A stretch of DNA of 64,000 bases from Tubiluchus corallicola (Eukaryota; Animalia; Priapulida): positions 62,001 to 126,000 of the forward strand of contig JAQGDQ010000104.1 of the NCBI GenBank assembly GCA_030141605.1, written 5' to 3'. The notes under the pieces are model-generated. The model saw only the letters and a program-made list of their open reading frames with translations, made no database searches and was not told the DNA's origin. The position numbers and the translations under genes are program-made. Position 1 is the stretch's first letter; each line of letters opens with the position of its first letter. Positions 29,273 through 43,205 of the stretch are shown in pieces.

Positions 29273-30534
29273 GAATAACACAAGCATTCTATTTAACACA
29301 TTTTATTTTCTTCCGAAAATATTCACCTGTACCGGCACAAAACATATCTACATGATGTAAAATTTTTCGTAAGACGATTTTTGAAGTAGCATTGAACACC
29401 ATTCTTTAACAAGGAGTTCTGCTAAAAAGTTCATTTTCGAGTAAAATGAACTACAGCATTGCAATCAGTTGGTAGTCGCCACGCAAGAGCATTTTAGTGA
29501 AGTGACGTAGTCCATCTGAATGAATAAATTAATGAATTAATGAAAACATGAAAGAACACGCGAATAATTAACCAACCAGCCAATTAACTACCAAGTCAAT
29601 AAAAAAGCGACTAATCAACCAACCAACCGACCAACCGACCGACTGACCAACCAACCAACCAACCAACTAACCAATCAATCAACGAAAAAACTAACCAACC
29701 AACTAATCAATCACCTAACTAGCCCAATAACGAGAAGTGATAAATACATGAATATTGATTGGCAATCAATAGTAAGACGTCAATGAACGATAATGCGCGA
29801 ACGTTTCACGTACAATATCCTCCTTAAGCTGCATGTGCTTACAAAACGACATCCCTCCTTCGTGCAGCTATAAAGATGTAAAAGGCGTTGTAAACAAATC
29901 TGCTGCAGCATCCGAGAATTGGGTTTGTATAATTCCTGGTGATTTTGTAATATTATATTGCAAAAACAATAAACATCGTTGATCCACAAATGCAACAGAA
30001 GGCGGGAATATATCAAGTTATCAAAAACACCTTCGCAAGCCGTCCGTTTTACAGTGAAGCCATAAAAACCAACGGTCTTGCTCATTATTGTCATCACTTT
30101 ATAAATGGTAACGTCTGATTTTAGGCAGCTGTTTTATTTAATTGACTAATACGTTTGCTGTTGTTGTATTTTACTGAAATTTAATTTAAATTAATAAATA
30201 AAATTCAAAGTATTTTTCGTGAAAATATTGTTACATGAAAACTACCGCGGTAATATTTTGTCGTAATGTTACTATACATATTGGACAAATTTCTACTCAG
30301 AAAAAAGGAAAATTTTATATTTATACTATTCTCAAACACAATCGGACCATATTGATCAAAAAAATAATTTAACTTCTTACTGGTCAAAGCAAAATTTCAG
30401 TAAAATTGTTAAACTGTACCTCTAAATTTTGATCGTCACAAACTTGCTAGATACTTCACAATAAACATAAAAAATACATTGCCACGTTTGCCTTACTTTT
30501 TGCTAAAGACGCGTAATCAGTACAATTTAATAGT

Positions 30535-31019
30535 TATTGGCACCCTTCTGTCTCGGAAGACACAGGAATGTGCGCCAAGAGAGTCCGATCACTGGACGTC
30601 TCCAGGGCGCCCGCCTGGGCAAGGTGTTTGGAGATCCTGAGTTGCCCAGACCCCCTCTCTTCCTCCCTGGTGTAGTCCAAAGGAAAGCGGAGCGATACGT
30701 TTGGCACCAGGTTGGCTGCAGGAGCTGCCGGAGTCAGTGAGCATGCTGCACTGGTCCGCCTTCGGGGCTCCACTCCTGATTTGGAAGGTTTACTCCTCTA
30801 CACATGACCGTTGGGTCACTTGACCTCCTCTAGCCGTTGGCTGCTTGTACAGCTCCTCCGCCTAGTGTCGAGATACAGTGTGGGCATCTCGCAAGCCTAC
30901 AGCACCTGGTATTCCTAGGCGGTCACCCATCCAAGCACTAACCAGGCTCTACGTTGCTTAACTTCGGTGATCAGACGAGAACCGAGAGACGGTGTTTTTA
31001 ACGTGATTTAGCCGTAGTA
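30535..31019 (-). mobile_element. 5S rRNA-derived SINE (SINE3-type): 5S head plus ~360-bp GC-rich body and 3' stem-loop
   Basis: The 5S-like head runs without an oligo-T terminator into a GC-rich body that has no TTTT on the transcribed strand. The body ends in the hairpin TGTCT-TCCG-AGACA. Confidence 0.75.
30893..31019 (-). pseudogene. 5S rRNA-like sequence (head of the SINE; not a canonical 5S gene)
   Basis: Minus strand CTACGGCTAAATCACGTTAAAAACACC[GTCTCTC]GGTTCTCGTCTGATCACCGAAGTTAAGCAACGTAGAGCCTGGTTAGTGCTTGGATGGGTGACCGCCTAGGAATACCAGGTGCTGTAGGCTT matches metazoan 5S rRNA, with a ~7-nt insertion and substitutions. Confidence 0.9.
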
Positions 31020-33513
31020 ACCTGATTATAGTAGTTTTAATAGTATATAGAATTTAATAGTAGACAGCAGGCGATTGTAATGAGTTTATAATCTGTCAAA
31101 TCAGTTAAAATCTGCACAGTTAAATCTGTTATTCGACATGATTAACGTTAGAGGAAATATGGCCTTGAATGAATTTCGTCTTTTCGCGTAATAGACCTGG
31201 TAAGTGTCCATTACGTCCACTAAAAGTGATTAATTTGCATATGAAAAAACATCACAAAATTATTTTGAGAATCTGTGTAGAGATCTTCGTGGTTTAGATA
31301 TGTTGTGCTGAAACTATACAGTGTTGTGGTGAGTTAAAAACTATTAATATGAGAAATAATAATAATTATAACTTTAGTTTATTTAAGTTAACATTGTTAT
31401 ACATTGATGTACTATACTAAAGTATAACCAATATCCCTGTAGGTAAGAGTCTGTTGATCGTGTCATTCAGCCAATTAAGAGTGGGAATACCATTAAAGAT
31501 TATTGATCATGCATTGCTACTATTAATTGATTATTCAAAGCTTCGAAAAAATGATGCATAACATAATCTATAAAAAGAGCTTAAGAGCAATATATGCATT
31601 AAAATAATTATTTACATGCGATAGATATACTGACTACCGGATATAGTTATCAAATGATGTAACCGGTTACTGCTTTCCACTTTATGTGCATTACGCATGC
31701 GCAACTGTGCAAAAAATCTTCCATTTCGCGTTAATTAAACTTTGGCGGAAAAAAACTACGCAGCTTTGCAAATTGGTTGTCAGTCCTTAGAAAAAATGCA
31801 GCTGCTTGAGGCTATTAATAATTAGTACAAATCTTCAAATGCAGAGAAACCCAAGAAGGATGCTACAAGTTAAAGACGTGTATCCAAACAGGGTGCACTG
31901 GCCGATTTACATTTTACAACAAGAGTAGTAAACAAAAAATCAATATTTAATCATCAAACAAATTAACATGACTGGGAAAATCGAAAACGGAATTAAACGA
32001 AAATGTAACTGAAAACGAAATTAGTCCCATAAATCAAATCACCGATGTAGTGCTACGCGTGGCAACACCCTAGATGCTTTTGCGCGCCCCCTGGTATCAT
32101 GCAGACAACATGGCAAGAACTACTTGCTTGGTTTTTACTTAACGTCTTGGCGCCGCGTCCATTTCTAAAAATGTAAATAAACAAGGGTAAGGACTACACT
32201 GCATGTAGTTGGGAACTCTGGCATAGCTCTTGTTTGGACTATAACCAAGTTGACAAACTACATGTCAGTGAAGCTGGCGACTGCTGAGTCTGGGTGGTTC
32301 ATTTCATTCTTGTCATGATATTCATCACCAAACGAATCAACCGAATCTACTTGCAAAGAATAATTCGAAAGACTACAGCTGACTGCAGTCAAAAATTCAT
32401 AATTAATCTACGAATAAGAGAAATGACAGCAATAATTCACAGTGTTTATTCCTATTCTTTCAGAGTTTGCATTTTTACATTGTGACATTATCTGCAAAAA
32501 AATTCTGATTTTTACCAATTCTGTATGGATTTTCCAATTCTGTTTTGAATTGAATTGCTTACAGAGAAAAAGAGCTGGTTTGGCAGCATGATCCATGATA
32601 CATGATACATGGTACATGATACATGATACAGCTCTACATGATACTTTTATCTATGAGTTTTAATGGGACCTAAAGGGAAGTCAGACGTCAGAGGAAAACT
32701 CTATTAATACTTAATCATATTTTATATAGCATAGTTACTGATATATAAGATTACTATGCAATGTAATGTAATATCGACCTATATACAATACCATATGTAC
32801 GCATTTATTTTATACACATACATCATGTTCTTGTATTAATATCGTTAACCTGTAGCGAACAGCAGCAACTTCTTATATTTTGCAAAATACTTTTAAATTT
32901 CAACGATATCCAGACTCAGCATCGTAATGCAGAAGGATTGCTATAAAGAAATCTAATTTGAAACTAGCTTTGAAAATATAAGAAATTGGTGTAATGCTGT
33001 TATCCTCGGTTAATTAATTCTGATGTTCTTTTCTTTCTTTACGTTATATTGTACCGTATTGCCTTACATTACCTTACTTCACATTATATTATATTACGTT
33101 ACACTACGTTATATTACATTACATTACATTTGCGTTACAATACATTATATTATGTTACATTGTCATAAAAACAAGCGACAATAATATGATGATACGTGTC
33201 TCAAAATAAAAACAACGATGACGCTTGTAGTCAAGTACATAATGTAGTTTTAATCTTAAGGGTTTATTTCAAATTAAAAGATTTTTATTTATTACATAAA
33301 AAGCCGAATGAAGTTGCTAATTTGTTACATCAAATGTTTGCTTCTATATAGCCGATTTAAGCAATAACCACAAACGTTACGACTATAATAAAATCGAATT
33401 TAGTTTCACATCCCTCTGTTTAGCTTAAACCAGCGATTTTAGGTCAACGGTAAAATGGCATTTTTCCGTAGAAGCAACATGATTTATTGCACGATGTGAA
33501 TTCTAAACTTTTT

Positions 33514-33951
<438 letters not shown>

Positions 33952-34261
33952 TTAATGTTAATTATTTATGTATGCTAGTCTGCATGCTCCACACTTGAAC
34001 TCGAGCAAGGATTGTTACCATACAGTTTCTTAATATCTAAAATATTGAAACGATGGTCATGCTTTGGTTGATTCCAAATTCAATATATATTATAGGAGAT
34101 GCTTTAAAGTTCATTTGGTGCCATAATTTTTCTTCGTCAGTGCTTATAATATAAAACTGAAACAGTTAATTCCTCAATTACCAAATATATTACATTTTGT
34201 GCGTTATTCTTCTTGTACCTTCATTTTACTTTCATTTGCGATGCAAATCTGTACTGATTCC

Positions 34262-34674
<413 letters not shown>

Positions 34675-36072
34675 CTGATTCCATTAATAAATCTATTGAT
34701 AACGTTCATATTGATACAACAATAAAATATTGATGATTATTTAATCATAATAAGTTAGTAAAGTAAACCCAGTATTTTTTAAATATGGGCCTGACAATCT
34801 CTTTATTATATGAGCATCTCTTTAATTATACGCTAGACGTGTTTCCAAGACTAGTTTTACTCATTTCTTCTCAAATAGTGTAGCGCCAATGTGGAATTCC
34901 CTACCATCACACATGTAATTGGATATCCTTGTGTCAATGCAATTGAATGCCGTATTATTCCGGAAACGTTTAAATCAGAGATGTGCAAATTACCTGACTA
35001 GCCGGGCCACATTAAACTTTCCCGCAATTCCTGCGGGCCACAGGCAGTTTGATGAAGGAGCCAAGTACAGAAAGGCCTAATAACGACTTTTTTGCATCCG
35101 ACCTGCATACATCATTACTACTACACTCAAGAAACTATTTAGAAGTTACTAAAATTTATATTACAAACCATATATTTCTACTTTTAGGACAGATAGTGGT
35201 AATTTCATTACAATGCATATTAGTAATGTGTATCACACAGTCTGAGTAGTACAGTGACATTAAGCTACAACCGTTTTGTAAGGGTTAATGGCGTCCGATC
35301 TAGTAGAAAAAACTACCCACACTATCTTTAGAATCGTGGCACGGACTTCAGCTGGATACACTCAATTAATAGCCCGGGCCGCACTTTCATTAGGTTGACA
35401 ATTAGGTCGTCATTTGTAAACAAACTGCATTGTTTTAAGAATACTTTACTTGGAATAGTCTGTAATGTTGTAAATCATTAAAATTTAATATTAGGCGCAC
35501 GTAAGCAGTATATCTTTGTGCGTCTCTTTCGCACCCTAATGACTTTTTTATTGACCAGCAATAATTTAGTGTTTTTACTAATTATTTTATTTGTTTTACA
35601 CTTGTCAAGCAAGCTAAACTAAACTACACTAAACATTTTTGTGTTTATATCAACAAGTGAAAAACATTGAAAAACATAAAACTAATATAGTAAAAGTATT
35701 CTCAGTAATTTTGGTATTGCTTGTTCTTTACTGACAAAAGTAAAAGTTACTAATTGTACAACAGCAAAACTTTATTGATTTACAGATTTAATCAGTTGCA
35801 CAGCTTTAGAAATTTGAAGCAATAAAACTATAAAAATTTCGAATATGGTACTTACACACACATTATGTGTAAAGCTTAGTAAACATGTGACATGACTGAC
35901 GTCCAAAGCTTGTTATGTGCTACGATACTTATGTGTCACAAAAATATATAAGCCTATATGTTCGCTTTTAGTACTTTTTTTACTTTCTTATGCACGACGT
36001 TTTATTGTACTTTGTACTGTAAATTTTTTTCGGGATCGTTTAGGCCTACAGGCAGTGAACTTAACTTGTATG

Positions 36073-36155
36073 CATGTGTGATTGCAGTGTACATGTGTGA
36101 TTGCAGTGTACATGTGTGATTTCAGTGTACATGTGTGATTGCAGTGTACATGTGC
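36073..36155. repeat. 20-bp tandem repeat x4
   Basis: CATGTGTGATTGCAGTGTA-type unit repeated four times. Confidence 0.85.
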
Positions 36156-36342
36156 GTTCATATTACGTAGATGTATAGGCCTATAAACCATTATAAATGC
36201 TTACAAAAGTGTCTTATATGATTATAAAAATGTACATTGTGATCTAAATTTTTCTGTTTTGCACTAGATCAAGTACATATGCACATTTTACAAAATAATT
36301 GCCCAGGTATTGCAGATGCATTTATAATTCTTTAAAACATAC

Positions 36343-36721
36343 CGCTTATATCAGGTAAAACTCTTTTTCGATGAACCCAAGCAAAGTTTGCAGAGCAGGA
36401 AGCCCAATTCATACTGATGTTAGCTAGATGAGGAATGGCTATCACAGGAGGCGAATGGTATAATTCTTCTCTTTCTGAGTCTTCTCTTTTCCGCAACAAC
36501 TCGTCCACTGAGAATGATACTCTCGCCTCCTCTCTTCCACATTTGTCGGATTTTGTATCTTTTGAGAGTAAAGATTCCACGCTAAAGTTGGTCGGAGATC
36601 CTCGCCTGGTTCCAGCCCGGCGATTAGACGTTGTTTCTGAGCAGGAAGTTTTCATTGTTGAGTCACCAGTAACTCGACTAAACGCTGAAGATGAACTTTC
36701 TTGTATACTTGTATGAATCAT
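36343..36721 (-). CDS. Msx: Msx homeobox protein paralogue B, coding exon 1
   Basis: ATG at 36721; motifs FSVESLL, FSVDELL and NFAWV; phase-1 donor G|GTATGT at 36343/36342, same phase as paralogue A. Confidence 0.9.
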
Positions 36722-36882
36722 AATTATTCATATCAAACGTCTAAACAATTTCAGGCCTTGCCTTTTAAAATAAACCTGCTAATATTTTTCTTGATATCAG
36801 ATGTTACACTTATGATGATAAAAAACTTTGGAACACTAATACTGGCAACTCTTGCCGCTTTCATTCACACAAACGTCATGCA

Positions 36883-37070
36883 GTCACGTGACAAGAAATC
36901 CCACTTTTCTCTAACTGGTAAGGAAGCTAACTGTTAATAGGCAATAAATTGCTTGTTGATAAACAATAAGTACTCGTAGCCGCGCTTTATTGACATCTGG
37001 GCACCATGACTGATAAACATACGGATCGTCTTTACACGTAGGCGTGGCCGCTTTAGTTTCAGACCAATCA
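36883..37070 (-). promoter_or_regulatory. MsxB proximal promoter, collinear with the MsxA promoter
   Basis: CCAAT box 37062-37070; 20-bp block 36986-37005 and 23-bp block 36935-36957, both identical to MsxA; palindrome GTCACGTGAC 36883-36892. Confidence 0.75.
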
Positions 37071-37754
37071 AAAACCTGCAACCCACTTTAGGCGGGGAAC
37101 ACCCAAATGGCGTGAAAATAGTTTTACTGCCTTCATATAATCACACAACAAACTCAAAGCGGTGATGCTTTCAGAAGAATTTTTATAGCAAAATTACATT
37201 ACATCTGAAATGATTACAGTCTGAAATAGCAGATTCACTAGGAAAATAATGTTGATCTTATACATAATTAACGTAACAGTCATAATTTTATTATTAATAA
37301 GATATTAATGAGATGATCGTTTCCTCTTTTAAATCTAGTGTTGTAAACTTTGGTTTCACTTTATGCTCAGTTTTTATTTGACATTTGGTTTCTTCGTTGA
37401 CAATAACTCAAAACACTTTTACTTACGTATTTTAGGCATGGGCCTACTAGTTTTTAGAGAATATGGTGCATCATTACGAATTTAAGCTGCACAGCTCTGC
37501 ATTTGTCAGTGAATAGATGAGTGAATAGCTTGTAGGCAGTTTCACTTGCCATACGTATGCCTAAGTCGCTAAAGGAACGTTCACACTCTGAAGCACTTCG
37601 TCGACTTAGGATTTCACTTAGCTACTGGATACTGTGGTACAGTGTTAGGATTAGGTATTTTTCTGATCGCTACATGTATTTAACATTATATAATAAAGTT
37701 TGTAAGTGAGCGACACTCATAAAAAACGTGCTTCCTTTCAGTTTTCTATACACT

Positions 37755-37958
37755 GACTGGACGTGACTGGAGTGAGCAAACATTCAAAGCCAAAAGGCAG
37801 GCTGTACTCAAGTGTCGTGAATCGAGCCAGTCTCAGTATCAAGGACATTACTCTAAGACGATCCCCGGGTGAATGATAACGCAGAAAGCAAGTATCGAAC
37901 CCGGCTAAGTCATTTACATGAAGCCGTGGCGTATTGTCCACTCAGTCACGACCACGCC
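37755..37958 (-). mobile_element. tRNA-derived SINE remnant
   Basis: Minus strand begins GGCGTGGTCGTGACTGAGTGG (A-box-like) ... GGGTTCGATAC (B-box-like), then a non-tRNA body. No intact cloverleaf. Confidence 0.6.
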
Positions 37959-38919
37959 TACCTTCCTACTAAATATTTTATTGTTTAATCAATGTTAGTA
38001 CTTAAATATGTTTGCGTTGCCATAGTTTAATGTATTGTATGTCAATTTTATGGATCATTGTATGAAATAAAATTGCAATTAAAATAATTAATCATTTTAT
38101 TAATTAATCAATATTTAGTTTCTAAGTTAATTGAAGACGCAACGCAACTATTGTGATGACATTTATTGTGCAACAAAAGCCATGCGTATTGTGTTGGCTT
38201 GTTTCAGTTGTTGTTGTTGCTGTAGTTATTGCTCTTGTTGTTGCAGGTACACTCCTTGGCATACTTACTATTTTATTTTTAACCATCTTAGTTAAAGTTT
38301 ATTTTTAGCGCATAAAAATGCTATGTAAAACTTAAAATTTACACTAAAAACTAAGAAATAGTACATGCCACGCACTGATAAAAGAGCTACAAAAATTTAC
38401 AAAAATATAACAAAAATATATACAGAACTTAAGGATAAAAAGCATCAGTTTAAAAAGCCAGCGGTTACTACATGAATAAACAATGCATGAATAATGCATA
38501 CTTCTAAATATTCTACTGCAAAATCGTACTTCAGTTTGTTGGAATATATAATTTACAATGAATGTGCAGGTCCCAAATGGTCCTTCCATTGACTTTATTA
38601 TCATTTTACTGAACAAGGGATATCAATGCAAAGCTCCGCCAAACTTGCAACCTGAACAGTATATGCCTTTTAACCATATTTGGCAAATAAACGTAACTAC
38701 ATTACAATGGAATTTATTGCCGATCGATTTCGAACAAAACTGTTCATTATCAAGGCATCTAAAACGAATAAATTTACCAGAATTTAGAAACACCATCGAA
38801 ATACAATTAAATCTTTGGATAGCCAAAAGATATATGATATAACATGCAAATTGGTAGCTCTCAGATCTGTTACTACTGATATATTAGTTCGTTTGCTTGT
38901 GGAGTGTCACATAGTTTCA

Positions 38920-39110
38920 TGCTAATTATGTAATATGTAAGGTAAATTGTTAAAGTATCTATATAATGTTATATCATATATCTTTCGGCTATCTAACTAC
39001 TGGATTGTATTTTCGTGCTAATTATGTAATCTGTAAGGTAAATTGTTAAAGTATCTATATAATGTTATATCATATATCTTTTGGCTATCTAACTACTGAA
39101 TTGTATTTCG
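38920..39110. repeat. Tandem duplication, ~95-bp unit x2
   Basis: TGCTAATTATGTAAT.TGTAAGGTAAATTGTTAAAGTATCTATATAATGTTATATCATATATCTTT.GGCTATCTAACTACTG.ATTGTATTT occurs twice. Confidence 0.85.
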
Positions 39111-39910
39111 ATGTAGTTTGAGAATTTTGTTAAATTTCTTTGTTTTAGATGCCTTGATAATGAACAGTTTGTTCGAAACCGGTCGGCAATAAATACCACT
39201 GTGATATATGCTTTTTTCAGCAATTTTGTGAACTTTTGTGCAACCCTGTACGCAGTAGTGTCCACGAAGTATGTCAGAAATTGTGAATTTCGGGTAGAAA
39301 ATCAAAGACATGTTGCGCACGAAGCGGTATGCGTGGGAAACAGTCACACAGGCATGTTCAACAAGCAACATACATGTTCAGAACTCAGTGCACCCGTTTC
39401 GGCGAGGCGGAATTTGCCTCCTGGTTATTAATTTACCCACCTAAGTTGGGTGTTGTACGTAATTGCTTAATTGCTTTCAATTGCTGGTAATTAGAAAAGT
39501 GAAGAGCGGCTCTCAACTGATTATAGTTTACTAGCAAACCGAAGGATACCGACAGTGAAGAGACATGAACTGAGGAACGATGCCGTTGAATGTTTAGTTG
39601 CTAATCAATGCAAATTTACAACTAAATCATCACAAATTAAAATTAAACTGGTTTCTACTGCTTGCAGTTCTCCTATAGAAAGCAAAGCTTGTTTCAAAAT
39701 TCTAACGATTCACGCCTATTTGGCACAGAAAAAATTGTTCATGACAGAATTGCTAAGTTAAAGAAACGCTGGGGGTTTATAACACTACGAAGAACCATTC
39801 TAAAATCACGCTAATATTTAACAAACATTACTTTAGTTTTGTTATGAGCGTCCATATTAATAATAATTATAGTCGTTTAATTATTAAACACGTTATATTG
39901 TAGAGTGAAT

Positions 39911-40792
<882 letters not shown>

Positions 40793-41550
40793 GTTGCTCT
40801 GTTCATTTTTATGATTATTTTAGGACTAAAAACTGAACTTTTCCTATAAATTATTACTGTACACGTTATACCTTTTTAAAGCACAAGAAAACACTCTTCA
40901 TAAAATAAAGCTTAGAAAATTCGTTTTGAAATTTTATGTCGTTTATGGTGTTAGCTGTCTTATTGCATATGTACAGGGCTTGTGTTAGGAATAACTTGGA
41001 ATGTATAAAACTTGGAAATTAGCGACCGTTGGACACAGCCATGTTAACGGTAGGTCGTTTGAAACAAGTTTAAATAAAGTTACGTAAAGTTTGAAAAAAT
41101 AATCAGAACATTCGTAGCGCCCTCTTCACTAACTAAGCAAAAGTATAAATTACTGTTGCTGAATCAGTGGTGGCGATGGCTGGGGTGCACACCGGTTTTG
41201 GGATGGTGATGCAGAATATTTTAAATTACATGTATAAACAATTTTCTTTTCCAATTAGAAAAATTTTTCACATAGGTAAGAGCGATGGTAACTAATAACT
41301 TTGTATGGAAAGTTACTTGGGATATAGTTTAAAATAGCCTATTCTTCCCCTTTAAACAATGATCATGCCGAACCTGAAAAGAAAGACAGGCATAAAAATA
41401 GACAAATAAATACAGTATGAAGAAGTTGTGGAAAAAATAATAGTAGATGCCCAATACGCATCAAAATTGACTGCTACTACAATAATTATTGTAGAAGATG
41501 AGCTGCCAAGTTTCTGGCAAATTACATCATCGAATTTATATCTAGCAAAA

Positions 41551-41615
<65 letters not shown>

Positions 41616-42299
41616 TATCATCACCATAATCATTATCATTATCATCATCTTCTTCTTCTTCTTCTTCATCGTCATCAACATCATCATCATCTTCTTCTTC
41701 TTCATATACCACTTTTAACGTAAATTTTTCGGGAAAATCATCTTCCTACTTTTTTTACATTTTTTAACTTGCAACGATAATACGCGGTTTGTGTAGCAAA
41801 ATGTCATAATGAACAACTTCTGACCCTAATATATTTGACAGGCAAAACCTAAAATAAAAGAAATCTGTCCCCAAGACAGGTAAACGCAGCTGTAATCCAG
41901 CAAAAAAACTAGACACTGCTATCATCAGTGCTATGCCAGTGGCTTGTCAGCATCACTTGAAGAAATCTGCGCATATCAAATGCGTATAATATGAGAAATA
42001 CCCTTAGATGTATTACATGCAAAATTCATTTCAAATGTTTTCTTATCATCATTGGAAAAAAGCTCTTTATTTACCTGATAAATAATACTAGCAAATGTGC
42101 GTGTATGTAGTGGAAAAGGGACTATAGACGACCATCTAACTTTAGCGGTTCATAAAGTTTTGCTACTACGTAACTTGCACAACGCAAAGCACATCTATTG
42201 GCCTGGTTAGGTTTTTTGTGTCACATCTTAAACTGAACGGCTCTCTGTCAGATTTCATAAAAAGTAAATAAAAAAGTAGCAAGAAGAGAAGTTGAAAGG

Positions 42300-43205
42300 T
42301 TGCATCTTATTTAACTTGTATATAAGGCGCTACACGGCGAGGCATCTGATTACATTTGTGAGATGATTCGTCCAACAAATTCAAACCGGTATAGTCCTAA
42401 ATCAAGTGGTAGCCTTTTGCTTACGGTTCCTAGGGTGCGCTGTTCCATTATGGGGTGAGATGTCATTTGCTGTTGCAAAATCAAGATCAAATCAAGATCA
42501 AGAGTTTATTCATTTCCACATTGCATCTTACAATTATCATTAAAATACAGATAATTATCCATTTAAGTAAATATAAATATAAATATAAATAAATGCTGTA
42601 TTATCGAGAAATTACAAAATGCGGGATATACATGTGCAAATTACATTACAGAATAATTTTGATGCATACAGTTTGAGCCTAAAAGCATAGCTTGACAGGA
42701 CGAACTGTACGTGGAAATCTTAAAAAAAAAGTGGGGGGGGAGTAGTGAATGAAAGATGAAATGGAGCGAGAACTAAGAAAAACTGTGATCATGGTTACAA
42801 AGTGTTCAACTCTATGGAACAACTCTACATGGAACAACTCTACAACATGGATCAACTCTATGGAACAGCCTGCCTATCCACATCAGGGCACTCTCAAACA
42901 CAAACACTTTTAAAATACAGATTAAAACATACTTATTTAAAATAGCAAACATTCTTTGAAGTAACCAAATTTTGATTTGTCGTTGCCATATGTTTGTATT
43001 ATGTGAATCTGTGTGTTTTTTATGTATTTACTTATTGTAATTTTACGAAATTTAGTAGGATTACTGTTTAATCTTGTAAACCTTTTTTTAAGTCTGTCAT
43101 GGTGATTTGAGATATCTTTGTGAAGCGTCTTTGAATATTGTCACTTGTGCTGTCTATAGATTTAGACGCTATGCAAAATAAATATTATTATTAGTAGTAG
43201 TAGTA
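42300..43205 (+). mobile_element. L2-clade LINE 3' end interrupted by a ~350-bp insertion
   Basis: VYKALHGEASDYICEMI...LLLTVPRV before 42478 and TLWNSLPIHIRALSNTNTFKIQIKTYLFKIA after ~42855. L2-type tail TGTGAAGCGTCTTTGA...AGACGCTATGCAAAATAAAT(ATT/AGT)n. Confidence 0.75.

Noticed and set aside
30893-31019. Functional 5S rRNA gene
   Set aside because: It has an insertion and substitutions, no oligo-T terminator, and is a single copy fused to a SINE-like body.
37880-37958. tRNA gene
   Set aside because: A and B boxes are degenerate and there is no acceptor-stem pairing; treated as a SINE head.
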